Shown: in pieces, positions 1-8,337 of the stretch
How positions within the stretch are numbered: position 1 is the stretch's first letter
Layout of the letters: every line of letters begins with the position of its first letter
NCBI GenBank assembly: GCA_040772485.1
Contig: JAXGYC010000007.1
Span: 832,001-896,000, forward strand
DNA length: 64,000 nucleotides
Origin: Sedimentisphaerales bacterium
GTDB lineage: Bacteria > Planctomycetota > Phycisphaerae > Sedimentisphaerales > Anaerobacaceae
Reading direction: 5' to 3'
Program-made: the position numbers and the translations under genes
Notes under the pieces: generated by a model
The model's input: the letters and a program-made list of their open reading frames with translations, nothing else
Database searches by the model: none
What the model was told of the DNA's origin: nothing

Positions 1-2
1 TC

Positions 3-266
3 GGCCAAGCCAAATTCCAGCGGCGAGAGACTGCCTGCATCCGCTGTGGCCGGTGCCTGGAGGTCTGCCCGGAGAATCTCAATCCGACTCGCATCGCCCA
101 CGCGGTCAAGAACAGCCTCCTGGATGTTGCGGAAAACCACTTCATCAGCGCGTGCATCGAGTGTGGCTGCTGTAGCTACGTCTGCCCCGCCAACATCGAA
201 CTGACCGGCTACATCAAGACGGGGAAGATCTTCCTGGCCCGGCAGAGAAAGAAGATGCCGGCCTGA
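3..266 (+). CDS. rnfC: Rnf complex subunit C, 3' end (truncated by window edge)
   Basis: Manual translation gives CIRCGRCLEVCP...CIECGCCSYVCP (two 4Fe-4S motifs), ending KKMPA-TGA at 264-266, directly upstream of rnfD. Confidence 0.9.
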   Translation, partial: GQAKFQRRETACIRCGRCLEVCPENLNPTRIAHAVKNSLLDVAENHFISACIECGCCSYVCPANIELTGYIKTGKIFLARQRKKMPA

Positions 267-309
267 TGGGCATGGTGCGCCACGGCAACGGATGACGAGG
301 ATTCGATAG

Positions 310-1326
310 ATGCTCAGAGATATCACGGTTTCGTTCGCACCGCACATCAGCAAGCGGCTTTCGACGCAGCGGGTCATGCTGGACGTGCTCATCGGGCTGG
401 TCCCGCTGGTGGCGGCGGCGGGCTTCTACTTTCGGATTCGCGCCCTGCTGCTCATTGGCGTCTGCGTCCTCTGGTGTGTGGGCATCGAGTGGGTCTGCAA
501 CCTGATTCGCAGGAAGCCCAACTCGCTCTGGGACCTCAGCGCGGTCGTCACCGGCGTCATCCTGGGCCTGTCGCTTCCGCCGGCCCTGCCCTTCTGGGCA
601 GCCGCCGTCGGTTCGGCGATCGCCATCGGCGTCGGCAAGATGGCCTTTGGCGGCCTGGGCGCCAACGTCTTCAACCCGGCCATGGTGGGCCGTGCATTTC
701 TTACGGCGTCGTTCGGCGTGATGATGACCACCTGGACCGTGCCGGCGTCGATCGATGGCGCTATGCCGGCGCTCTCTCCGGCCGACCCCGTCGACGCGCG
801 GACGCAAGCCACGCCGCTGGCCTGGAGCAAGACGGCCATTAAGAACCAGAGCCAGGCGAGGACCTACAGCCACCGGCAGTTTCTCTCGACCCTCACCGGC
901 GAGGTCGCCGGCAGCCTGGGCGAGACCAGCGCGATTGCCGCCTTGCTCGGAGGGGCCTATCTGCTCTGGCGTCGAACTATCGGTTTCCACATTCCGGCCG
1001 CCGTGCTGCTGGCGGCGTTCGTATTCAGTGGAATCGCCTACCTGATCAATCCGGATGCCTACGTGCAGCCGTTTTACCACCTCACGAGCGGCGCTCTGCT
1101 GTTCGGTGCGTTCTTCATCGCGACGGACCCGGTGACCGCTCCGCTGACGCGCCGCGGGATGTGGCTCTTCGGCTTGGGGGTCGGGACTATCACGCTGCTG
1201 ATTCGCATCGTCGGCACGTATCCCGAGGGCTTCATGTTTGCGGTACTGGTAATGAACGGCCTGACCCCTCTGATCGACAGACTGTGCCGGCGGGTGCCGG
1301 CAGGAGGATTGCCTCGTGTTGGATAG
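310..1326 (+). CDS. rnfD: Rnf complex subunit D
   Basis: Polytopic membrane protein with FGGLGANVFNPAMVGRAF, TQATPL (FMN-Thr), GSLGETSA and FFIATDPVT motifs. Confidence 0.95.
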   Translation: MLRDITVSFAPHISKRLSTQRVMLDVLIGLVPLVAAAGFYFRIRALLLIGVCVLWCVGIEWVCNLIRRKPNSLWDLSAVVTGVILGLSLPPALPFWAAAVGSAIAIGVGKMAFGGLGANVFNPAMVGRAFLTASFGVMMTTWTVPASIDGAMPALSPADPVDARTQATPLAWSKTAIKNQSQARTYSHRQFLSTLTGEVAGSLGETSAIAALLGGAYLLWRRTIGFHIPAAVLLAAFVFSGIAYLINPDAYVQPFYHLTSGALLFGAFFIATDPVTAPLTRRGMWLFGLGVGTITLLIRIVGTYPEGFMFAVLVMNGLTPLIDRLCRRVPAGGLPRVG

Positions 1327-1948
1327 CCTGAAGCACTTCGCAAGGGAAAGCTGGCTGCTGGTGGTCGCCTCCGTGCTGTGCGGGCTGCTGCTGGCCGCTA
1401 CGAACGCCGCGCTGGGCCCGCGGATCGAGGTAAATAAGGCTCTGAAGCTGACCAGGCTGGCGGGCGGTCTGCTGCCTGCGGCCCAGGCTTTCGCACCTCT
1501 ATCCAGCCCTGTGGAAGTCAAAGGCCTCGGCGGCGAGACGGAATCGACCGCCGTATTCCGAGCCACAACCGACGACCAGACCGTCGGCTGGGTGTTCAAG
1601 GTCGTGGGATCGGGGTTTGCCGACAAGATCGAGTTGGTGGTCGCGGTCGATGCCGCATTCAGCACGCTTGTCGGCTACGACGTGGTCAGCAGCAGCGAAA
1701 CCCCGGGGTTCGGCGACCAGATCAAGGACGCGTACTACCGCAACCAGTTCACCGGAGCGCCTGTCGGGCAACTCTCACTCGTCGGGCTTGGCGCCGCCAA
1801 AGAGCAGGACATCGACTCAACCATCGTGGCCATCAGCGGCGCGACGATCAGCAGCACCGCCGTCGTCCAAGCCATGAACCACTACCTGCCGCAACTGAAG
1901 GACCAACTCCAGCAGAAAGGGCTGATCGGCCATGGCAACAACCCCTGA
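1316..1948 (+). CDS. rnfG: Rnf complex subunit G (FMN-binding)
   Basis: N-terminal TM helix, SETPGFG, and ISGATISS flavinylation motif; GTG start overlaps the rnfD stop. Confidence 0.92.
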   Translation: MLDSLKHFARESWLLVVASVLCGLLLAATNAALGPRIEVNKALKLTRLAGGLLPAAQAFAPLSSPVEVKGLGGETESTAVFRATTDDQTVGWVFKVVGSGFADKIELVVAVDAAFSTLVGYDVVSSSETPGFGDQIKDAYYRNQFTGAPVGQLSLVGLGAAKEQDIDSTIVAISGATISSTAVVQAMNHYLPQLKDQLQQKGLIGHGNNP

Positions 1949-2549
1949 CGGACAGAACGTCTATGCAGAGGCCGTCGCCACGGGTCTGTGGCGCGAGATT
2001 CCGGTCTTTCGCATGCTCCTGGGCACATGCCCGACCCTGGCGGTGACCGCTGCGATCAAGCCGGCCCTGACCATGGGGCTGTGCGTGATCTTCGTGCTCG
2101 TGTGCAGCAACATCATGGTCAGTCTGATGCGAAAGGGGTTGCGTCCGCACGTTCGCATCCTGTTGTTCACGCTGACGATCGCCACCTTCGTGACCATTGC
2201 GGACCTTTTTCTGCGGGCCTACCAGCCGGTGATGAGCGAGGCCCTGGGCCCGTACGTTCCGCTGATCATCGTCAACTGCGTGATCATCTGGCGGGCCGAG
2301 GCCCGTGCCAGCAACAGCGGCGTCCTGCTGAGCATCGTGGACGGCCTGGCCATGGGCGTGGGGTTCACCATCGCCTTGTGCGTTCTGGCCACGATCCGTG
2401 AAGTTCTCGGCACCGGCTGCCTCTTCGAGATCCCGGTCCTGCCCAAGGCCTTTCCCGCATGGGCGGCGATGGGTATGCCGGTGGGCGCGTTCCTGACGTT
2501 CGGGCTCGTGCTCGGGTTCATCAACTACGTCAGCCGGAAACGGAGCTAA
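1932..2549 (+). CDS. rnfE: Rnf complex subunit E
   Basis: LLGTCPTLAVT and PLIIVNC motifs; hydrophobic; operon position. Confidence 0.93.
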   Translation: MATTPDGQNVYAEAVATGLWREIPVFRMLLGTCPTLAVTAAIKPALTMGLCVIFVLVCSNIMVSLMRKGLRPHVRILLFTLTIATFVTIADLFLRAYQPVMSEALGPYVPLIIVNCVIIWRAEARASNSGVLLSIVDGLAMGVGFTIALCVLATIREVLGTGCLFEIPVLPKAFPAWAAMGMPVGAFLTFGLVLGFINYVSRKRS

Positions 2550-2561
2550 GGGAGTCGCACG

Positions 2562-3149
2562 ATGGATTTGCTGTACGTTCTGCTCACGGGCTTCATCTCC
2601 GTTGTCCTGATCAACAACCTCGTGTTCACGAAGTTCCTGGGGATCTGCCCGTACATCGGAGTCTCCGGGCGAATCGACATGGCCTTCGGCATGGGCCTGG
2701 CGGTTACGTTCGTCATGACGCTCAGCGGCACCCTCACCTGGATGATCGACCACTGGCTGCTGATGCCTCTGAACCTGGAGGTGGCCCGGTATGTGGCCTT
2801 CATCATGGTGATCGCGGCCGCCGTGCAACTAGTCGAAATGTACCTGAAGAAGTTCTTCCCCCCCTTGTACGAGAGCTTCGGCATCTTCCTGCCTCTGATC
2901 ACGACCAATTGCGCGATTCTGGGCTTGTGCCTGTTTCTCGTCGTCTGGGGCACCAGCACTCTGATTGAGGCGGTGGTTCTGAGTTTCGGGGGAGGCATCG
3001 GTTTCACCATCGCGATTTGCATCATGGCGGGGATTCGCGAGAACATGCAGATGGTCGACGTGCCCGAGTCCCTGCGTGGCGCTCCGATCACGCTGATCAC
3101 GGCGGGACTCCTGGCCTTGGCCTTCATGGGATTTGCGGGAATCATATGA
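2562..3149 (+). CDS. rnfA: Rnf complex subunit A
   Basis: NNLVFTKFLGICP, FLPLITTNCAILG and LALAFMGF motifs. Confidence 0.95.
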   Translation: MDLLYVLLTGFISVVLINNLVFTKFLGICPYIGVSGRIDMAFGMGLAVTFVMTLSGTLTWMIDHWLLMPLNLEVARYVAFIMVIAAAVQLVEMYLKKFFPPLYESFGIFLPLITTNCAILGLCLFLVVWGTSTLIEAVVLSFGGGIGFTIAICIMAGIRENMQMVDVPESLRGAPITLITAGLLALAFMGFAGII

Positions 3150-4033
3150 TCATGTTGACGGGTGTTCTGGGAGCGATAAGTGGCGTGTGGCTGGCCGGCC
3201 TGATCATGCTCGGCCTGGGCCTGGTCTTCGCAGTTGTCCTGCTCGTCGCCAGTGAAAGACTCAAGGTTCCCGTGGACCCACGGGTCACCCAGGTCTACGA
3301 GGTCCTGCCCCACCTCGATTGCGGAGCCTGCGGCTATCCCGGTTGCAGTGGATACGCCAAGGCGGTGATCGCCAACCCCGAACTGCTCGGTCAGTGCGCG
3401 CCGGGTGGGGCCGACGCCGCCGGCAGGATCGCCGCCATCCTGAACCTGCAAATCAGCGAGTCCGGGCCGGCCAAACGACCGATCGTCCATTGCCGAGCCC
3501 ACACGGTCGACCGGACCTACTACGCCCAGTATCAGGGTATTCCGAGCTGCACGGCCGCTAACGCGCTGGCTAATGCCCAGGCGTGCAAGTTCGGATGCCT
3601 CGGGTTCGGAGACTGCGTCCGCGCATGCAAGTTCGATGCGCTGCACGTGATCGACGGCCTGTCTACGGTCGACTACACCAAGTGTACCGGTTGCGGCGCC
3701 TGCTCCAAGGCCTGCCCGCGAAACCTGATCGAGATGGTCCCCTTCAGCCACGAGAACATGATGACCGTCGCGTGCCGCAGCCAGGAGAACGGCAAGAGCA
3801 CCCGGGCCTTCTGCCAGGTCGGCTGTATCGGCTGCGGCCTGTGCGCCAAGCAGAGCGAGGCCTTCACCGTCGCCGACAACCTCGCCCACATGGACTACGC
3901 GAAATATGCTCCCTGCGGCGAGAACGAAGCCGCCCTGAACAAGTGCCCCACCGGCGTCATCGTCTACCGCGGCAAAACCGCCCCACCCCCGCGCGAGCCC
4001 AAAGCCAAATCCGCCGAAGCAGCCAAAGGCTGA
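3146..4033 (+). CDS. rnfB: Rnf complex subunit B (polyferredoxin)
   Basis: TM anchor, LPHLDCGACGYPGC and further CxxCxxC motifs; ATG at 3146 overlaps the rnfA TGA (ATGA). Confidence 0.93.
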   Translation: MIMLTGVLGAISGVWLAGLIMLGLGLVFAVVLLVASERLKVPVDPRVTQVYEVLPHLDCGACGYPGCSGYAKAVIANPELLGQCAPGGADAAGRIAAILNLQISESGPAKRPIVHCRAHTVDRTYYAQYQGIPSCTAANALANAQACKFGCLGFGDCVRACKFDALHVIDGLSTVDYTKCTGCGACSKACPRNLIEMVPFSHENMMTVACRSQENGKSTRAFCQVGCIGCGLCAKQSEAFTVADNLAHMDYAKYAPCGENEAALNKCPTGVIVYRGKTAPPPREPKAKSAEAAKG

Positions 4034-4065
4034 CGGTGACGTTTGGCAGTGCGGTGTTCGACGCT

Positions 4066-5109
4066 CTACCTGACGTAGGCTTTCGCTCCGCTGCTGAAGA
4101 TCGGCTGAGTATCCTGGCCGACGGGAATGAGGATAGCCTCAACATCGGGGATGCTCTCAACCAGGGCCATGCCCGCTTCCGGCCCCAGGACATTCACGGC
4201 GGTTGACAGCGCATCGGCGGTGATCGCATCCGACGCGATGATCGTGTCGCTGACCAGCTTGCGTGCGCCTTTGCCGGTTCCGGTATCGATGATGTGGCTC
4301 TCTTTGCTGCCCTGGACCTTGACGAACCTGCGGTAGTCTCCGCTGGTAGCCACGCTCTCGTCCGTTAGCGTGAGAACCAGCAGGAGCTTCGAACCGCCTA
4401 GTTCGTCCGGCGCGACGTTCGGGTCCTGCAGGCCGACTCGCCAGCACTCCTGTCCTTCAGGGGGCCGTCCGAAGCAGCGGATGTTGCCGCCCAAGTCCAC
4501 CATTCCCCCGGCAGCGCCTCGCTTCTTCATCGCCGCAACCGACTTGTCGACCGCATAGCCTTTCGCTATCCCACCGAGGTCGATTCTCATCCCTTCGGCC
4601 GCAAAGCGGACCGTCCGCGTATTCGTATCGAGCAGCAGCTTGTCGTAGCCCACTCTGCTCTTGGCCTCGGCGATCTCGGCCTCCGTGGGCACGGTGTCGG
4701 CGGCGGCAGCGCGGCGCCACAGCTCGCCCAGAGCGCCGATCGTGACATCGAACGCACCGTCCGAAAGCTCGCTGAACTGCCTGGCCTTCTCCAGGACCTC
4801 GAAGGTCGCTTCGTCGATCTCGACCGCCCTTTGGTAAGCCTCGCGATTGACCGTGTTCAGCTCGGAATCGGGATTGTGGTAGCTCATCAGCTTCTCGACG
4901 CGCCTCTGCTCGTCGAACGCAGCGGCGATACAGGCGCGCGCCACCTTCTCGCTCGGCGCGATGGCCACAGCGCGGGAGAATGTCCCCATGACGACCTTGT
5001 AGCCGCTGTCGACCTGGACCATCTTGCGGGTCGTCAGGCCTACATAGAGGGCGCCTCCAAGCAGCAGACAGACGACTATGACGGCAATTCCGCGACCGGT
5101 TCTGTTCAT
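4066..5109 (-). CDS. apbE: FAD:protein FMN transferase
   Basis: MGT, GAFDVT, DLGGIAKGY, ATSGDY, HIID and ADALST motifs; N-terminal TM helix; GAGG upstream of ATG 5109. Confidence 0.93.
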   Translation of the reverse strand: MNRTGRGIAVIVVCLLLGGALYVGLTTRKMVQVDSGYKVVMGTFSRAVAIAPSEKVARACIAAAFDEQRRVEKLMSYHNPDSELNTVNREAYQRAVEIDEATFEVLEKARQFSELSDGAFDVTIGALGELWRRAAAADTVPTEAEIAEAKSRVGYDKLLLDTNTRTVRFAAEGMRIDLGGIAKGYAVDKSVAAMKKRGAAGGMVDLGGNIRCFGRPPEGQECWRVGLQDPNVAPDELGGSKLLLVLTLTDESVATSGDYRRFVKVQGSKESHIIDTGTGKGARKLVSDTIIASDAITADALSTAVNVLGPEAGMALVESIPDVEAILIPVGQDTQPIFSSGAKAYVR

Positions 5110-5175
5110 GGCAACCTCAGGCATCTTCCGGCGGGACACACCCCGCCGCATCTATCGAGACCATGCGAAACCCGG

Positions 5176-5181
5176 TATAAT
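5176..5181 (+). promoter_or_regulatory. Perfect -10 box (TATAAT), probable leaderless promoter of the radical SAM gene
   Basis: TATAAT ends 6 nt before ATG 5188; no Shine-Dalgarno in between. Confidence 0.5.
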
Positions 5182-5187
5182 AACCAC

Positions 5188-6975
5188 ATGACAAACAGAA
5201 AGATAGAGATACTGGCCGACCGGGTCGAGCGTGAGTTCCTCCCCTTCGTGCGCCGGCCGGCTCGCTATATCGGTGGCGAAGTCAACCAGGTTCGCAAGGC
5301 TCTCGACCGGTGCGAACTCACCGTAGCGTTGTGCTTTCCCGACGTGTACGAAGTCGCCATGTCCAACACGGGCCTGGCCCTGATCTATCACGTCCTCAAC
5401 AGCATGGGCGGCGTCGCGGCCGAACGCGTCTTCGCACCCTGGGTGGACGCCGAGGCGATCCTGCGCGAGAAACGCATACCCCTGTTCAGCCTCGAATCGA
5501 AGGCGTCGTTGGCCGGCTTCGACGTGATCGGTTTCAGTCTCAGCAACGAGCTTTGCTACACGAACGTGCTGAACATACTCGACCTGGCCGGGCTGCCCGT
5601 TCGCAGCGAGCAGCGGGCGCAGGACGATCCGCTGGTCATCGCGGGCGGCGGGATGGCCAATTGCTGCGAACCGGTCGCGGACTTCATCGACCTGTTCGTT
5701 CTGGGCGAGGCGGAGGAAGCCGTCGTCGAACTGGCAAACCTCTTGATCGCCCGCAAGAGAGATGGCAAAGCCAAAGACGAGATTCTGTTCGAGATTGCCC
5801 GGCGATTCGACTGGGCCTATGTCCCCCGCTTCTACGAGTTCGCCTACGACCATTCGCGCATCACGGCCTTCAAGGCCCGCAACGAGATGCTGCCGATCCG
5901 ATTTCACAACGCCGTCGTCGGGGGTTTTGAGAACGCGCCGGTTCCAACACGTCCCATCGTCCCGTTTGCCGAAGCAGTCCACGAGCGCGTCAGCATCGAG
6001 ATCATGCGAGGCTGTCCCGGCCGGTGCCGGTTCTGCCAGGCGAGCTTCTGCCGACGGCCGATCCGCTACCGAAGCGCCGAGAAGGTCTTCGAACTGGCCA
6101 AGGCCTCGCAGGAGACGACAGGATTCGACACCGTGAGCCTGCTGAGTCTGTCGAGCGCCGATTACCCTCCTCTCGAAGAGCTGGTCGCCCGGCTGAAAGG
6201 GTACTTCGAAGACAGAAAGGTAGGCCTGTCCGTGCCGAGCCTGCGCGTGGACCAGCAGCTTCACATGCTGCCGAAGTATTTCACCTCGGTGCGAAAGAGC
6301 GGCCTGACCATCGCGGTCGAGGCGGCCAGCGAGAAGCTGCGCCAGATCGTCAACAAGCCGCTGAAAGACGAGGACTTGTTCGCCGCAGTCGAGGCAGCGT
6401 ATCAGTCCGGCTGGCAGAAGCTGAAGCTCTACTTCATGATCGGCCTGCCCGGCGAGACGCTCGATGACGTCAAGGCGATCGTCGATCTGTCCGACAGGCT
6501 GGCGAGACTCCGCAAGAGCGTCGACAATCGAATCGCGCAATTGAATATCACCGTCAGTTGGTTCGTGCCGAAGCCTCACACTCCCCTCGGCTGGTTCGGC
6601 CAGAGGCCGCGAGAGTACTTCCAACAGGCGCGAGGCCTGGTCCTCGACGAGAAACAGCGGCGCCGTGCGAACCATCTGCGTTTCAAGTTCCACGACATCC
6701 GGCGGAGCCTCCTCGAATCGGCCATCGGCCGGGGCGACCGGCGTTGCGGCCAAGTCATCGAAGCCGCATGGCGCGACGGCGCGCGCTTCGATCTCTGGGA
6801 CGAGTGCTTCGACTATGAGCGATGGCGGACCGCCTTCGCCGCCATGGGCCTGGAACTCGAGGCCGTCGCAGAAAGAACGTTCGAGCCGGACCAGATATTA
6901 CCCTGGGGCCACCTTGGGGGTCCTGACAGAGAATACCTCCTGAGGCACTACCACGACGCCATGAGCTCGCTGTGA
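5188..6975 (+). CDS. Radical SAM protein, TIGR03960-like family
   Basis: RPARYIGGE, FPDVYEVAMSN, RGCPGRCRFC (CxxxCxxC), KLYFMIGLPGET and FVPKPHTP motifs. Confidence 0.88.
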   Translation: MTNRKIEILADRVEREFLPFVRRPARYIGGEVNQVRKALDRCELTVALCFPDVYEVAMSNTGLALIYHVLNSMGGVAAERVFAPWVDAEAILREKRIPLFSLESKASLAGFDVIGFSLSNELCYTNVLNILDLAGLPVRSEQRAQDDPLVIAGGGMANCCEPVADFIDLFVLGEAEEAVVELANLLIARKRDGKAKDEILFEIARRFDWAYVPRFYEFAYDHSRITAFKARNEMLPIRFHNAVVGGFENAPVPTRPIVPFAEAVHERVSIEIMRGCPGRCRFCQASFCRRPIRYRSAEKVFELAKASQETTGFDTVSLLSLSSADYPPLEELVARLKGYFEDRKVGLSVPSLRVDQQLHMLPKYFTSVRKSGLTIAVEAASEKLRQIVNKPLKDEDLFAAVEAAYQSGWQKLKLYFMIGLPGETLDDVKAIVDLSDRLARLRKSVDNRIAQLNITVSWFVPKPHTPLGWFGQRPREYFQQARGLVLDEKQRRRANHLRFKFHDIRRSLLESAIGRGDRRCGQVIEAAWRDGARFDLWDECFDYERWRTAFAAMGLELEAVAERTFEPDQILPWGHLGGPDREYLLRHYHDAMSSL

Positions 6976-7471
6976 GCGCTGGGCCATTGCGTCCGAGAAC
7001 GTCGCAGGTCCGCATCCATCGGACTGGATCGGTCTATCGAGCCGACATCAGCACCGTCACGAATGCGTGCCGGCACCCTCCGGGGCAACCTACGAACTGA
7101 TCCACCTAACCTGCTTTTTGAACTGCACTTACGAAAACTCGCCCGTTTGGAGCCCCGCGAGACACAGCGGCGATCATCCCTGCTCGATCATCGCTGGACC
7201 TGTCGGGGCCGATGCGCGACGCGAACACACTGGAAACCACCCCCCAATCTGCCGATGAATCCCGTATCAGCAGCAGGAGACGGGATGCTCAGGACTTCCC
7301 ATGCTGATGGCGAATCAACGCGGCTTCACAGGCTATGGCCTGCAAAGCAGAGCGTGCCCGAAACCGGGTGAACCGGGCAAAGAAGACCGATGGAAATAGT
7401 ACAACTACGCCGGCCACAACCGAGATACGCACAGCCTGCTCTATGGGGCAGGACACGAGAGGGAGCCAACC

Positions 7472-7939
7472 ATGCGCGACTGTAAACCAATCCTCCTGGT
7501 GGAAGACGACACCATTGACGCCATGACGGTCAAGCGGGCTTTCAAGGAGTTGAAGGTGATCAACCCCTTGGCGCACGCCTTGAACGGAGAGGACGCGCTG
7601 GCCTATCTGCGAGAGGGAGAAGGCGAGAATCCCTGCGTCATCCTGCTCGATCTGAACATGCCGAAGATGAACGGCGTCGAATTCCTCAAGATCGCCAAGG
7701 ACGATCCATCCCTGAAGAAGATCCCCGTGGTGGTTCTGACGACATCGAATGAAGAGCGGGACATTATCGAGAGCTTCAAGCTGGGCGTGGCCGGCTACAT
7801 CGTCAAGCCGGTGGACTACCGCAAATTCGTCGAGGCCATTAAGACGATCGATCTCTACTGGACGCTGAGCGAACTGCCCGACGGCGACATCGTACCGCAA
7901 CCGTCATGCAGCCAGAAGCCGCTTGCCGCAGAGCGCTGA
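7472..7939 (+). CDS. Single-domain response regulator (Rcp1-like)
   Basis: ILLVEDD, LLDLNMPKMNG (phospho-Asp), VLTTS, YIVKP and C-terminal LYW; GAGGGAG RBS. Confidence 0.9.
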   Translation: MRDCKPILLVEDDTIDAMTVKRAFKELKVINPLAHALNGEDALAYLREGEGENPCVILLDLNMPKMNGVEFLKIAKDDPSLKKIPVVVLTTSNEERDIIESFKLGVAGYIVKPVDYRKFVEAIKTIDLYWTLSELPDGDIVPQPSCSQKPLAAER

Positions 7940-8009
7940 GGTGTCCCGGCAATCCCTGCCGGCCCGCGCCCGCGTCCGATCACCCGACCATCATTCTGCC
8001 AACGCGCGG

Positions 8010-8037
8010 TTGACGACCCCGCCGCCCCTCCTATAAT
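8010..8037 (+). promoter_or_regulatory. Sigma70-type promoter P1 upstream of acs
   Basis: TTGACG (8010-8015), 16 bp spacer, TATAAT (8032-8037). Confidence 0.55.
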
Positions 8038-8179
8038 GCGCCGGTAGCTGGCCGAGCCGCATTCCACACGGCCTGTTGGCAGCCCTCGCCTCCTGCTTCG
8101 GCCGCGTCGGCCAGGGGCTAGCCAGCCTGCCTGCGACCGGAATGCCTCAGGTCTTCAAGTACAAGTTCCGAATTTTCGT

Positions 8180-8208
8180 TTGACACCCCCTTTTCGTGAC
8201 ATTATAAA
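8180..8208 (+). promoter_or_regulatory. Sigma70-type promoter P2 upstream of acs
   Basis: TTGACA (8180-8185), 17 bp spacer, TATAAA (8203-8208), in an AT-rich context. Confidence 0.65.
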
Positions 8209-8337
8209 TCAGGTTTTACATTACGCTCGAAACCACGGCCCAAACAGATGCGATGTCGGCCGGATTTGACATCATTGCCGAGGAGCGGAATGGAAGGCCT
8301 TCAAGACGAACCGTTGAACACGTAAAAGGAGAACGCA

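Noticed and set aside
2272..2312. RnfE motif NCVIIWRAEAR instead of the usual NCxxLGRAEAF
   Set aside because: All four RnfA/RnfE Cys ligands are present; without an alignment I cannot tell lineage variation from a meaningful change or a sequencing error
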